48,010 nt of DNA from Gammaproteobacteria bacterium. GTDB taxonomy: Bacteria > Pseudomonadota > Gammaproteobacteria > Eutrophobiales > Eutrophobiaceae. The notes beneath the pieces were generated by a model. The model worked only from the letters and a program-made list of their open reading frames with translations. It made no database searches and was not told the origin of the DNA. This document shows, in pieces, positions 18,695 to 28,065 of this stretch. The translations under genes and the position numbers were made by a program. The stretch's first letter is position 1; each line of letters opens with the position of its first letter. Where the stretch lies: assembly GCA_047618295.1 (NCBI GenBank), contig JBLHKL010000003.1:1-48010 (forward strand). The letters are read 5' to 3'.

Positions 18695-20158
18695 CTATTT
18701 AAGGACCTTTATCAGCGATCCTTTATCAGGTTCGCCTGTTGGATATTTCGCATTTAATAGCCGCAGTTGTGATTCTGCATGGCTCTCTAGGGGGGATTGT
18801 TTAGCTAAGCGACTAAATCGCGTTTTGCTATTTACTTTTACAATGTTAATTCTTATTGGTTTTGCCAATATTTTTTCATCCGTTGATAAAGAATGAAAGC
18901 TTTTTGCGGTTTCAAGTATTGCATTGTCATACTTTGTTAAATTATTCCCTTTAGCCATTCCGGCGATTATGTAGGCTCTTTGTTGAAAATAGATGACTGT
19001 GAACCGTGTAGGAATACTCCCTTGCTTATTGGTGATAACCGAAATGCCTGTATGTGCAGCGAGACCATTTATATTTAATGGCGATTCATTCTCGAGATTA
19101 TTTAATCCCATGCGCTGTATCATAAAATTTCTGGGTGACAGTTTATCATCTGCCTTTTCAGCACTTATTTGCATCAAGGCATTACCATCAGCAGCGGTTA
19201 ACAGGAGCCGATCTGGAAGATTGGTCATATTCCATTTTTGCGGGAAACGCATGGAAAAACCCAGGCCTTCATGGTAGAAATTACGGCCTCGTAAAATACC
19301 TTCTTGAGGACTATCGCCAAATACCAAACTATCAATGAGTGAAATGTATTCATCTCGACCGACATAATTTACTGTTCCGGATTCGTTAAGTCCTTTGGCC
19401 ATATCGATGACTTCCTGAAGCCGTGTGTCACTATCTGGGTGCGTAGAAAACACACCATGATAGGCCCTTGGTTCCCGTCCTTCGGCTTGTGCTTGAGCTC
19501 TATCAAATACTTCCTGATTTTTTAATACGCGGATGACGTCTAGCATTGCTTCCGGGTTGTAGTTCGTTTTGGCGAGATATTCTGCGCCGAGGCGGTCAGC
19601 TTCTAGTTCATGAGTACGCCCATAGCCACTTAGCAATGCTCCGCCAGCGAACTGAACTAACTGGTTAGACGCTTGAGTCATGCCGGGTACAAATATCGAA
19701 GTTAATGCTGCGCCGATGTTTGTTAGTTGAGTTGCGCTATGTTGTCGCACCGAGTGTCTGGCTGTGACATGTCCTATTTCATGGCCTAGTACCGCAGCTA
19801 GTTCTGCCTCAGAATTTAAATAGGCCATTAATCCACGAGTTATGTAAATGTATCCGCCGGGTAAGGCGAAGGCATTAACTTCCTTACTATCGAGTACAGT
19901 AAAACTATATGTCAGGTTCGAGCGGTGACTCTTTGCGGCGAGTTTAGTCCCAATATTTTGAACGTAATTCTGTAAAGCAGGATTATCGTAGACAGTATAT
20001 TGTTTAAGAACATCGGCATTAGTCTTACGGCCCAGCGCCAGTTCGTCACTTTCACTCAGCAGCACCAAGTCTTGCTTTCCAGTAACCGGATTTACGGCAC
20101 ATGAGCTTATAGTTAGTAAGGATAAAAAATATAAGCCGATTAGATGTTTCATTTTCAT
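18695..20158 (-). CDS. M48-family zinc metalloprotease lipoprotein
   Basis: Lipobox-like SSC, NAFALPGG, HEIGH, ExEAD, STHP. Confidence 0.88.
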   Translation of the reverse strand: MKMKHLIGLYFLSLLTISSCAVNPVTGKQDLVLLSESDELALGRKTNADVLKQYTVYDNPALQNYVQNIGTKLAAKSHRSNLTYSFTVLDSKEVNAFALPGGYIYITRGLMAYLNSEAELAAVLGHEIGHVTARHSVRQHSATQLTNIGAALTSIFVPGMTQASNQLVQFAGGALLSGYGRTHELEADRLGAEYLAKTNYNPEAMLDVIRVLKNQEVFDRAQAQAEGREPRAYHGVFSTHPDSDTRLQEVIDMAKGLNESGTVNYVGRDEYISLIDSLVFGDSPQEGILRGRNFYHEGLGFSMRFPQKWNMTNLPDRLLLTAADGNALMQISAEKADDKLSPRNFMIQRMGLNNLENESPLNINGLAAHTGISVITNKQGSIPTRFTVIYFQQRAYIIAGMAKGNNLTKYDNAILETAKSFHSLSTDEKILAKPIRINIVKVNSKTRFSRLAKQSPLESHAESQLRLLNAKYPTGEPDKGSLIKVLK

Positions 20159-20189
20159 GATTTTAAGTTAGGCAGTGAAATAATTCAGT

Positions 20190-21023
20190 TCAATCTTCAG
20201 TATTGATTATTTTTAAGTCCAGATTGTGACGTAGTCGCATGCGTATTTGTCCTTTATGCTTATATAACCAACCGCTAGCTTCAATGGTTTTATTCTCCAA
20301 TGAAAGTAATGCTGATTTATTAAAATAACTTAAGTCAGCATTTTTTATTCTAAGTGCGACATTATTTTCAAGGTTTATCCACACAGATGACCTACTGGCG
20401 GAGACTTGTCTTACTTTCCCTGAGATGAAATAAAATCCTTTTTCATTGCCGCTGAGTGATTTAACACTGTGCACTTTATATCGTGCAAGGGACCAAAGGC
20501 CTAATCGTTGATCTTTAGCAAGTTGACTTGCTTTATTATAGCAATCAGCAAAAGAGACATTAGGTGGAATTTGTAGCGGCATTGCCAGACCAAGCTTAAG
20601 TAATTGGCTTTGTATGTTCATGCCCCCCGCATAAATATGAGCCAGAGTCCTGCCGTGACGATCATGGCGTTCTTTTCCGTAAAGAAGTTGAATGAACGAT
20701 GAATTACCAAGCATCTTTTTAAGTGCATTCCGTGCGCTGACTGCGCCCGCTTCAGAGGGACTATTATTGTGACTTAATTCGGGGGTATTTATGCCGATTA
20801 ATCGTATATGTCTTTTATCTTTTAAAACAACCGTATCACCATCGATAACATAGTCAAGCATTGCTTTTTCATCAAAGTGGGTGCTTACACATGGTTGGTT
20901 AAGTTTCTCTTCAGAAAGACATATCGGACTGACAAGAATCAATATCGCGGGTATAAAAAAACGCCCTAAAAGGGCGTTTTTTAATATTTGGTAGTACTTC
21001 TTTAAGACAATATTACATGCCAT
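20190..21023 (-). CDS. Thermonuclease (SNase) family protein; start uncertain
   Basis: [24 protein letters not shown]. The ORF-track extension through rpmE is unlikely. Confidence 0.8.
   Translation of the reverse strand: MACNIVLKKYYQILKNALLGRFFIPAILILVSPICLSEEKLNQPCVSTHFDEKAMLDYVIDGDTVVLKDKRHIRLIGINTPELSHNNSPSEAGAVSARNALKKMLGNSSFIQLLYGKERHDRHGRTLAHIYAGGMNIQSQLLKLGLAMPLQIPPNVSFADCYNKASQLAKDQRLGLWSLARYKVHSVKSLSGNEKGFYFISGKVRQVSASRSSVWINLENNVALRIKNADLSYFNKSALLSLENKTIEASGWLYKHKGQIRMRLRHNLDLKIINTED
20955..20982 (-). terminator. rpmE intrinsic terminator
   Basis: A7-CGCCCT-AAA-AGGGCG-T6, 30 bp after the rpmE stop. Confidence 0.85.
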
Positions 21024-21213
21024 ATTTTTTGCGGAATTTATCAACTCGACCTGCTGTATCCAGCATTTTCTGTTTTCCGGTGTAAAATGGGTGACATTCA
21101 GAGCAAACGTCAAGATGGAGCTCGCCATTGTGCGTTGAACGAGTCTTAAATGCGTTGCCACAACTGCATTTAACGTCAACTTCTTCGTATGTAGGATGTA
21201 TGTCTGTTTTCAT
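21013..21213 (-). CDS. rpmE: 50S ribosomal protein L31 (Zn-binding type)
   Basis: MKxDIHPx[15 protein letters not shown]. Confidence 0.97.
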   Translation of the reverse strand: MKTDIHPTYEEVDVKCSCGNAFKTRSTHNGELHLDVCSECHPFYTGKQKMLDTAGRVDKFRKKYGM

Positions 21214-21303
21214 GTTGTTTTACTCAATTCGTCTAATCGTCAATCAGGGGCGGGGAGTTTATGCGAAAGCCGAGCATTCCGCAATCCTGTGGAGTGTCGG
21301 ATT

Positions 21304-21672
21304 TTAATCTTTTTCCTTATTTAACCGGTCTTTTAAGTCCATTATCGTAGCTGACTGCCTAGTCGGGTTCGATATTTCTCGACTGTGACTTGATTCAGTT
21401 AATTGTTGTAAATGATCTACTAAGCCATTTTCCCCAATTGTGGTGTCCCACATCATTTGCGAAATTTTCAGGCAAGAGGCCATTGGATTTGCTGAAGTAG
21501 CGCGAACCTGATCGATTTGCCATTGTAGGCCTTGCATGCGCCGTTTTATTTTTGGTGATGATTTATCAATGACATCTTATATCATTTGCTGACGCTTATA
21601 TTCAAAAGCGTCAGGATCTGTCTTGGCGAGCTGTGCCCACTCATCGAAATCAAACTCTACGTTGCTACTCAT
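21304..21672 (-). pseudogene. DUF3135-like protein interrupted by an in-frame stop
   Basis: MSSNVEFDFDEWAQLAKTDPDAFEYKRQQMI*DVIDKSSPKIKRRMQGLQWQID...; TAA at 21577-21579. Confidence 0.7.
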
Positions 21673-21745
21673 GTCATGCATAAACTTACTGTTTTATTTG
21701 GCTGTTGTCGTTGAACTAGCCGATAATCTATAGTCTTTTATGTCG

Positions 21746-22516
21746 CTAAAGCTCAAATTCTGCAACCACAGGCGTGTGATCTGAAGGGCGTTCTAGTTTG
21801 CGAGGCTCTTTATCGATATAAGACGCACGACAACTTTTTGCTAAGCTGTCCGAGGCAAGGATGAGATCAATCCTTAGGCCGCGATCGCGTCTGAATCCGG
21901 CTGCGCGGTAATCCCACCAGGAAAAACTTTTTTCTGCTTGATCAAATGAACGGAAGCAATCGTTGAAGCCACTAGCTAATATTTTATTTAACTCATCTCG
22001 TTCTGGCTGGCTTACCAGGTTGCACCCTTTCCATTCATCTGGTGCATGTACATCTCGGTCATCTGGTGCAATATTAAAATCTCCCAAGATGATGACAGGC
22101 TCACTTTTTGCTTGGAGTTGTTTAATAAAAGGATGCAGTTTTGAAAACCATTCCAGCTTATAGCGGTATTTGTCTGAATCCACTTCTGAGCCATTAGGAA
22201 CATACAGATTTAAAACAGTCACGCCTTGGGTTTTAACCGCCAAGACTCGTTTTTGTGCATCATCATAGTCAGGTAGAGCTGTTGCTAGGGTTTCAATAGG
22301 CGATTTACAGATGGTCGTAACGCCGTTATAGGTTTTCTGACCAACAAAACTGACGTGATAACCCGCTTCTTTTATTGCCTCTTCAGGAAAGTTTTCATCG
22401 GTAGTTTTAGTTTCTTGAATAGCCAGAACATCAGGGCTTTCCGATTCTAGCCATTGCAAGACATGCGGCAGCCGTACTTTAAGGGAATTTACATTCCAGG
22501 TTGCTATCTTGAACAC
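21746..22516 (-). CDS. xth: Exodeoxyribonuclease III
   Basis: TWNVNS, QETK, GDFN, WWDYR, SDH. Confidence 0.95.
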   Translation of the reverse strand: MFKIATWNVNSLKVRLPHVLQWLESESPDVLAIQETKTTDENFPEEAIKEAGYHVSFVGQKTYNGVTTICKSPIETLATALPDYDDAQKRVLAVKTQGVTVLNLYVPNGSEVDSDKYRYKLEWFSKLHPFIKQLQAKSEPVIILGDFNIAPDDRDVHAPDEWKGCNLVSQPERDELNKILASGFNDCFRSFDQAEKSFSWWDYRAAGFRRDRGLRIDLILASDSLAKSCRASYIDKEPRKLERPSDHTPVVAEFEL

Positions 22517-22572
22517 GATTTATATAGGGAGTTTAAATTTATTAAAATTAGATCAGAAAAAAACTAGTCGTA

Positions 22573-23292
22573 TCAAACGCGAAAGCCACCATGCCTGCGC
22601 CGATTATGGAAGTCTAGGATAAAAATACCTCCCGCTATACCGATCGCAAAAACGATAAGCAGTGTCACTATCATCTGTTTCATGTTGCTTATAGAAAACG
22701 AATCTTCACTTAAGGATTCTGAAATTACTTCTACTTCAATTCCAGATGATTCGAGTTGTGAGATTAGTTGCCGGTTTTCCTGTTTCAGTGTTTCAATATC
22801 GGCGAGTAATCTTCCCGAGTCATCAATATCGGCAACATTTGTTTTAAGAGCGGCGAGTTGTGCTTCCAGATCGCCGGCTTTCAAGCGTTCCGAGTTTAAT
22901 TGCTGTTCAAGCTCTTTTTGAGCTTCTGTCCCATTGGCAGGCGCTGCAGTTGTAGATGTCTTTAATTGCGCAATTTCTTGTTTCAAAGCTTCGTTGCTTT
23001 TTTCCAATTCAGTAATACGCGATTTGCCGGGTTTTTCCACGATGACATACTTGCTATTTATCCAACCCTTAGTTCCCCCGGCTTCTTGAACATGAATCAA
23101 TTCATTATCACGTTCGATGACAGATAATGATGTACCACTAGGCACGATTTTGATAATCGGGCTGTCGATGGTGCGATCCTCATGTAATCCAATTTTTAAT
23201 TCATCTATTACATAGACTGTCTCGGCATGGGCAATAGTTGTCAGCAGACAAAATATGCCGAATAGTGCGTGTGTAAATCTGAAGTTATGCAT
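22573..23292 (-). CDS. SH3-domain coiled-coil membrane-anchored protein (TIGR04211-like)
   Basis: Signal peptide, SH3b-like GWI, coiled coil, C-terminal TM followed by RRR. Confidence 0.7.
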   Translation of the reverse strand: MHNFRFTHALFGIFCLLTTIAHAETVYVIDELKIGLHEDRTIDSPIIKIVPSGTSLSVIERDNELIHVQEAGGTKGWINSKYVIVEKPGKSRITELEKSNEALKQEIAQLKTSTTAAPANGTEAQKELEQQLNSERLKAGDLEAQLAALKTNVADIDDSGRLLADIETLKQENRQLISQLESSGIEVEVISESLSEDSFSISNMKQMIVTLLIVFAIGIAGGIFILDFHNRRRHGGFRV

Positions 23293-23301
23293 TATTTATC
23301 C

Positions 23302-25341
23302 TTAAGCTGTAATTCCCGAATGTCTTAATAAAGGTTCAATACTCGGTTTTCGTCCACGAAATTCAACAAATAAGTCCATTGGCTCTCGACTACCACCTTG
23401 TTCAAGAATCGATTGAAGAAATTCTTTTCCGGTCGTTTTGTCAAAGATACCTCTTTCCTCGAATTTGGAAAAGGCATCTGCGGATAAAACTTCGGCCCAT
23501 TTATAGCTATAGTAACCGGCTGCATAACCGCCGGCAAAGATATGAGCGAAACTATGTTGAAAACGATTGAAGTCAGGTGCTTCGACAACAGCGACTTTTT
23601 CTCGAACCTCATTGAGCATATCTTGTATATCAAGTGACTCATTTGTTGCGAATTCCATGTGTAACCGATAATCAAACAGCGAGAATTCCAGTTGTCTGAC
23701 CATCTGCATTCCGGCCTGGAACGTCCTTGCCCGTGTCATTTTTTCAAATAATTCATCATCAAGGAGCTCACCGCTATCAATATGCCGGGCAAAAAGATCG
23801 AGGGCCTCTTTTTCCCAACACCAGTTCTCCATGAATTGACTCGGTAACTCGACCGCATCCCAAGGCACTCCGTTAATTCCTGATACGCCACTATATTCGA
23901 CTCGTGTCATCATGTGATGTAAGCCATGGCCAAATTCATGAAATAAGGTGGTTACTTCATCATGTGTTAGTAAAGCGGGTTTTTCGCCAACAGGAGGTGT
24001 GAAATTACAGGTTAAATAGGCCACCGGGTTCTGGATGCCAGCACTGGATTTCTTTCTAACAATGCATTCATCCATCCATGCCCCACCCCGTTTATGTTGA
24101 CGGGCATAGAGATCAAGATAAAAACTGCTCTGTGTAATGCCTTGTGAATCCAGGATATCAAAGAACATGACATCCTTATGCCAGACTTGAACCCCTTCAC
24201 GTTGTTGGATGGTAACGTCGTATAGTTTTGTAGTAATTGCAAATAGACCTTCTAAAACCTGATGCACAGGGAAATATGGGCGTAATACTTCTTGTGAGAT
24301 GTCGAATTTTTTTTGTCTTAATTTTTCTGAGTAATAAGTGACATCCCAAGCTTCAAGCTTAGAACTGTTTGCTGTTTCTTTGGCAAACTTTGTTAACTCA
24401 GCAAATTCCTGCTCTGCATAGGTCTTTGTCCGTTCCGCCAGATCGTTTAAAAAACCTAAGACTTCGTCAGGGTTCTCTGCCATCTTTGTTGCGAGTGAAT
24501 AATGCGCGTAACTTTCAAAGCCAAGTAGCTTGGCTTTTTCTGTTCGATACTTAAGGATTTCAGTCATGATTTCGCTATTATCAAATTGACCTGCAATAGG
24601 CCCTTTGTCAGAAGCGCGAGTTACATAAGCTTCGTATATCTCTCGTCTTAAGTTGGCGTTATCAGCGTATTGCATCACTGGCATGTAGGAAGGAAATTCG
24701 AGTGTAAATAACCACCCTTCTTTATTTTCATTTTTTGCAGTTTGTGCAGCTAGAGCAAGGCATGACTCAGGTAAACCCGCGAGTTCATCTTTATCGGTGA
24801 TTAGTTTTTTCCAGGCCTGTGTCGCATCGAGCAAGTTCTCTTCAAACTTGGTTTGTAGCTTCGATAATTGTTGTTGGATTACTTTGTAGCGTTCTTTTGC
24901 TTTTGTATCGAGAGCAATTCCAGAAAGCTGAAAATCGCGTAATGCATTGGTGATGATTTTTTGTTGCGCAGTCGTCAAAGAATTAAAAGAATCAGCCTTC
25001 GCAATTTGCTCATATGCATGAAACAGCTCTTCATTTTGACCCATCTCGGTCGAATAGTCAGAGAGCTTGGCTATACAGGCATTATAAGCTTCTCGGAGTT
25101 GATCATTATCAGCAACTGAATGCAGGTGACTGGCAGGTGACCAGGCACGATTTAGCTGGTCATCCATGTCTTCCAATTTTTGCAGTAAGTTATCCCAATT
25201 ATAATCTGTTGTGTTTGCTAATAACGATTGAACTGTGCTTCTGCTTTCTGACAGTAATTGATCGATAGCGGGTTCAATATAGGATGCGTTGATATTTTCG
25301 AAGGCAGGAAGCCCTTCTGTCTGGATAAGTGGGTTTTTCAT
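23302..25341 (-). CDS. prlC: Oligopeptidase A
   Basis: FHEFGHGLHH, ELPSQ, GYYSYKWAE. Confidence 0.95.
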   Translation of the reverse strand: MKNPLIQTEGLPAFENINASYIEPAIDQLLSESRSTVQSLLANTTDYNWDNLLQKLEDMDDQLNRAWSPASHLHSVADNDQLREAYNACIAKLSDYSTEMGQNEELFHAYEQIAKADSFNSLTTAQQKIITNALRDFQLSGIALDTKAKERYKVIQQQLSKLQTKFEENLLDATQAWKKLITDKDELAGLPESCLALAAQTAKNENKEGWLFTLEFPSYMPVMQYADNANLRREIYEAYVTRASDKGPIAGQFDNSEIMTEILKYRTEKAKLLGFESYAHYSLATKMAENPDEVLGFLNDLAERTKTYAEQEFAELTKFAKETANSSKLEAWDVTYYSEKLRQKKFDISQEVLRPYFPVHQVLEGLFAITTKLYDVTIQQREGVQVWHKDVMFFDILDSQGITQSSFYLDLYARQHKRGGAWMDECIVRKKSSAGIQNPVAYLTCNFTPPVGEKPALLTHDEVTTLFHEFGHGLHHMMTRVEYSGVSGINGVPWDAVELPSQFMENWCWEKEALDLFARHIDSGELLDDELFEKMTRARTFQAGMQMVRQLEFSLFDYRLHMEFATNESLDIQDMLNEVREKVAVVEAPDFNRFQHSFAHIFAGGYAAGYYSYKWAEVLSADAFSKFEERGIFDKTTGKEFLQSILEQGGSREPMDLFVEFRGRKPSIEPLLRHSGITA

Positions 25342-25394
25342 ATAAGTAGATATTGGTTTAATAATTATAATTTCAAGGTGTTAGTGATCAAGTG

Positions 25395-26354
25395 CTAAAC
25401 AGCCAGTCGCATGCTGATTAGCCAAGTAGAAAGACTGCCGCATAGTATAAACAGGCTGAGTGATAATACAGAATAAATATGCAGTCGATGAATCAGTTCA
25501 TTCTCTTCTATAGCAGATAGGATAAATGGTCGGCGACTATCATTTGTTTTATTCATGATATTCACGGGCGGTAAGGTTTTTTGTTCGCCATGCTGTTCAA
25601 CGACGTGGTCATAGGCTGCTTGCCTGACTTTTTGCCATTCTTGTAAATCGGTCTCACCATTATTATCCGCATCAAATTTTTTCATTAATGTCTCTGTATC
25701 TGATTTCCATTCACGAATTAATTCACGTACATCTTCGTTTATATCAAACTTGGCACCAGCACCACCCACTGTTTTATAAAGGCCTATGGCATAAAGACTC
25801 TCATCAGTATGTAAACGTTCCTCGGTATATCGATAACGTCGATGACGACCAAGGCCTGATAAGAAAGACTGTTTTTTATTAGCCGCTAATGGACCGCCGA
25901 GTGGGTTAGCCTCAGCGCCATGCCAAATATCTTTGTTCACAGAAGTCACATGAGCGCCCTCGGGATCGATGATGCATTGCCCCGTTTCATCTTTGATTAA
26001 GAACAGTTCTTCACTGGTCCCACTCCTGATAGTGACCCATTTGCTATTTTTTCCTGATTGCCTGTGTTCATCAACGCTATATTTGTACCAGGTACAAATT
26101 GTTCCCGTCAGTGGAGCAACAATGGGTTGGCCTTCCATCAATTGGCCATATCCGGTTAATTCAACATAACCTTGGGCAGCGGAGCGTATTTTTGACGTTG
26201 GCGTGTCTTCGATGATGCGTTTACGATGTAGCGAAATAAAGGAAATGAAAAAACCAACTAGAGCAGCGACTAGCAGACCAACCGCCCATAACCAGAAATC
26301 ATCGGCAGGTCCAGTTTTAGCCCAATGTTTAAGAGCGAGAAACACGTCACTCAT
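25395..26354 (-). CDS. GIDE-domain membrane protein with EF-hand-like loop
   Basis: IEDTPTSKIRSAAQGYVEL, DADNNGETDLQEW, terminal TM segments. Confidence 0.7.
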   Translation of the reverse strand: MSDVFLALKHWAKTGPADDFWLWAVGLLVAALVGFFISFISLHRKRIIEDTPTSKIRSAAQGYVELTGYGQLMEGQPIVAPLTGTICTWYKYSVDEHRQSGKNSKWVTIRSGTSEELFLIKDETGQCIIDPEGAHVTSVNKDIWHGAEANPLGGPLAANKKQSFLSGLGRHRRYRYTEERLHTDESLYAIGLYKTVGGAGAKFDINEDVRELIREWKSDTETLMKKFDADNNGETDLQEWQKVRQAAYDHVVEQHGEQKTLPPVNIMNKTNDSRRPFILSAIEENELIHRLHIYSVLSLSLFILCGSLSTWLISMRLAV

Positions 26355-26362
26355 AAAAGCGA

Positions 26363-26935
26363 CTAACTAAAAAGTGCTTTTACGTCGACGTCTTTTATTT
26401 CTTCGTCACTAAAGATGAGTAAGTCACGTGCGGGAAATCCCATCATCCTGGCAATGATGACATCTGGGAATTGTTCTATGCGCACATTATTAGCATTGAC
26501 TGATTCATTATAAAATTCACGTCGATCGGCAATTGCGTCTTCCAACCCTGATATTCGTTGTTGTAGATGTTTGAAAGTTTCATTGGCCTTCAGCTCGGGG
26601 TAGGCTTCTGCTACCGCAAACAAACTACCCAAGCCCATTCTAAGTTGGCCTTCAGCAGGACCTAATGCGGCAATGTCGCCACTTTCTCTAGCTGAAGACA
26701 CGGCAGATCGCGCCTGCATAACTTTTTCCAGCGTCTCTTGTTCAAACCCCATGTATTGTTTACAGGTCTCTACTAGTTTGGGCAGTTCGTCATGGCGTTG
26801 CTTTAATAACACATCAATATTTGACCATGCTTTGGAGACGCCATGTTTCAAAGAAACTAAATTGTTATAAATAGTGACCAGATACATGACCAATGCGGCG
26901 AGGATACCTAAAAAAATAATACTGGAAATATCCAT
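26363..26935 (-). CDS. lemA: LemA family protein
   Basis: YNxLV, LKQRHD, EAYPELKA, RxxYN, FP. Confidence 0.92.
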   Translation of the reverse strand: MDISSIIFLGILAALVMYLVTIYNNLVSLKHGVSKAWSNIDVLLKQRHDELPKLVETCKQYMGFEQETLEKVMQARSAVSSARESGDIAALGPAEGQLRMGLGSLFAVAEAYPELKANETFKHLQQRISGLEDAIADRREFYNESVNANNVRIEQFPDVIIARMMGFPARDLLIFSDEEIKDVDVKALFS

Positions 26936-27015
26936 ATCACTCCTCCTTTGGTTGTTTGTGTTAAACAGAGGGACATTACATTAAGTAATGAGGTTGATAT
27001 ATAAAGTAATGTAAA

Positions 27016-27030
27016 TAGTAATAATTATCA
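27016..27030. promoter_or_regulatory. Fur-like box between lemA and bfr
   Basis: TAGTAAT-A-ATTATCA; AT-rich context lowers specificity. Confidence 0.45.
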
Positions 27031-27125
27031 ATTTAGATCAATGATTTAAATGTGTGTAAGCGGGTATTTCTAATACATTATTGAGTTTATAATCTTACAA
27101 AAATACCATTAAAGGAAAAGCATAC

Positions 27126-27590
27126 ATGCAAGGCGATAAACAAGTCATTAAGCATCTCAATAAAGTTTTACAAAATGAGTTAACAGCGATTAATCAATAT
27201 TTTCTGCATGCTCGCATGTATAAAAATTTTGGTTTAACTGAACTCGATGAATATGAGTACAAGGAATCTCTGGATGAGATGAAGCACGCGGATCAACTGA
27301 TTGAGCGCATTCTTTTTTTAGAAGGTTTGCCGAGCATGCAAAGCTTGGGGAAACTGCGTATAGGCGAATCGCCGAAAGAGATGATTGAAGCCGATCTGGC
27401 ATTGGAGATGGATGCATTACCTGATTTAAAAGAGGCTATTAATCATTGTGAATCGACAAAAGATTACATTTCCAGAGAAGTATTTGAATCGATTCTGGAA
27501 AGCGAAGAGGAACATGTTGACTGGTTAGAAACACAATTGGAATTAATCTCTAAGGTTGGATTGGAAAACTACCTACAATCAAAGATGTAA
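27126..27590 (+). CDS. bfr: Bacterioferritin
   Basis: [17 protein letters not shown] (heme Met), EEEHVD. Confidence 0.97.
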   Translation: MQGDKQVIKHLNKVLQNELTAINQYFLHARMYKNFGLTELDEYEYKESLDEMKHADQLIERILFLEGLPSMQSLGKLRIGESPKEMIEADLALEMDALPDLKEAINHCESTKDYISREVFESILESEEEHVDWLETQLELISKVGLENYLQSKM

Positions 27591-27597
27591 GTTACTG

Positions 27598-27630
27598 AAA
27601 ACCCTGGGCTTTAAAAAACTCGGGGTTTTT
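27598..27630 (+). terminator. bfr terminator
   Basis: AAAACCCTGGG...CTCGGGGTTTTT hairpin with G-U pairs. Confidence 0.7.
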
Positions 27631-27643
27631 AATCATTTCTTAT

Positions 27644-27658
27644 TGATAATAGTTCTCA
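27644..27658. promoter_or_regulatory. Fur box upstream of bfd
   Basis: TGATAAT-A-GTTCTCA (7-1-7). Confidence 0.75.
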
Positions 27659-27712
27659 TTACTACTACAATTACTATTAACGTTCAGGAGAGAATTAACG
27701 GTATTTAACTTA

Positions 27713-27910
27713 ATGTATGTCTGTATTTGCAACGCGGTAACCGAGACCGATATCAAAAAGGCTGTTAAAGAAGGCGCAAATTGTTTGCGCCAACTGGAAA
27801 GCAAGCTTGGTGTTGGTAATAAATGCGGTTCCTGTGCCTGTGATGTTTCTGCGTGTCTTGATCGCGCAATGGAATCGCAAATGCATTCTGTTAATCCTTT
27901 CAGTATTTAG
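27713..27910 (+). CDS. bfd: Bacterioferritin-associated ferredoxin
   Basis: MYVCICNAVT...CGSC. Confidence 0.93.
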   Translation: MYVCICNAVTETDIKKAVKEGANCLRQLESKLGVGNKCGSCACDVSACLDRAMESQMHSVNPFSI

Positions 27911-27972
27911 TACACATTTAATTTCCATTAGATTGTCATGAATTTTTTATATAGCAACTATTACGCATTAAA

Positions 27973-27987
27973 TAATAATAATTCTCA
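27973..27987. promoter_or_regulatory. Fur box upstream of the TonB-dependent receptor
   Basis: TAATAAT-A-ATTCTCA. Confidence 0.7.
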
Positions 27988-28065
27988 TTCGTATTATCGC
28001 CATTATTAAGTACTCGCTACTGGAATTAGCAATTACTTTTATCAATCTTTTTTAGGGGAATATAT

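Noticed and set aside
21024-21179. N-terminal extension of the nuclease ORF through rpmE
   Set aside because: Alternative-frame overlap with a conserved ribosomal gene; no domain features or RBS.
14451-21579. TAA recoded as Glu/Gln (two in-frame TAAs)
   Set aside because: TAA ends many conserved genes here (rpmE, bfr, prfA, pqqA), and the GGDEF gene also has a frameshift.
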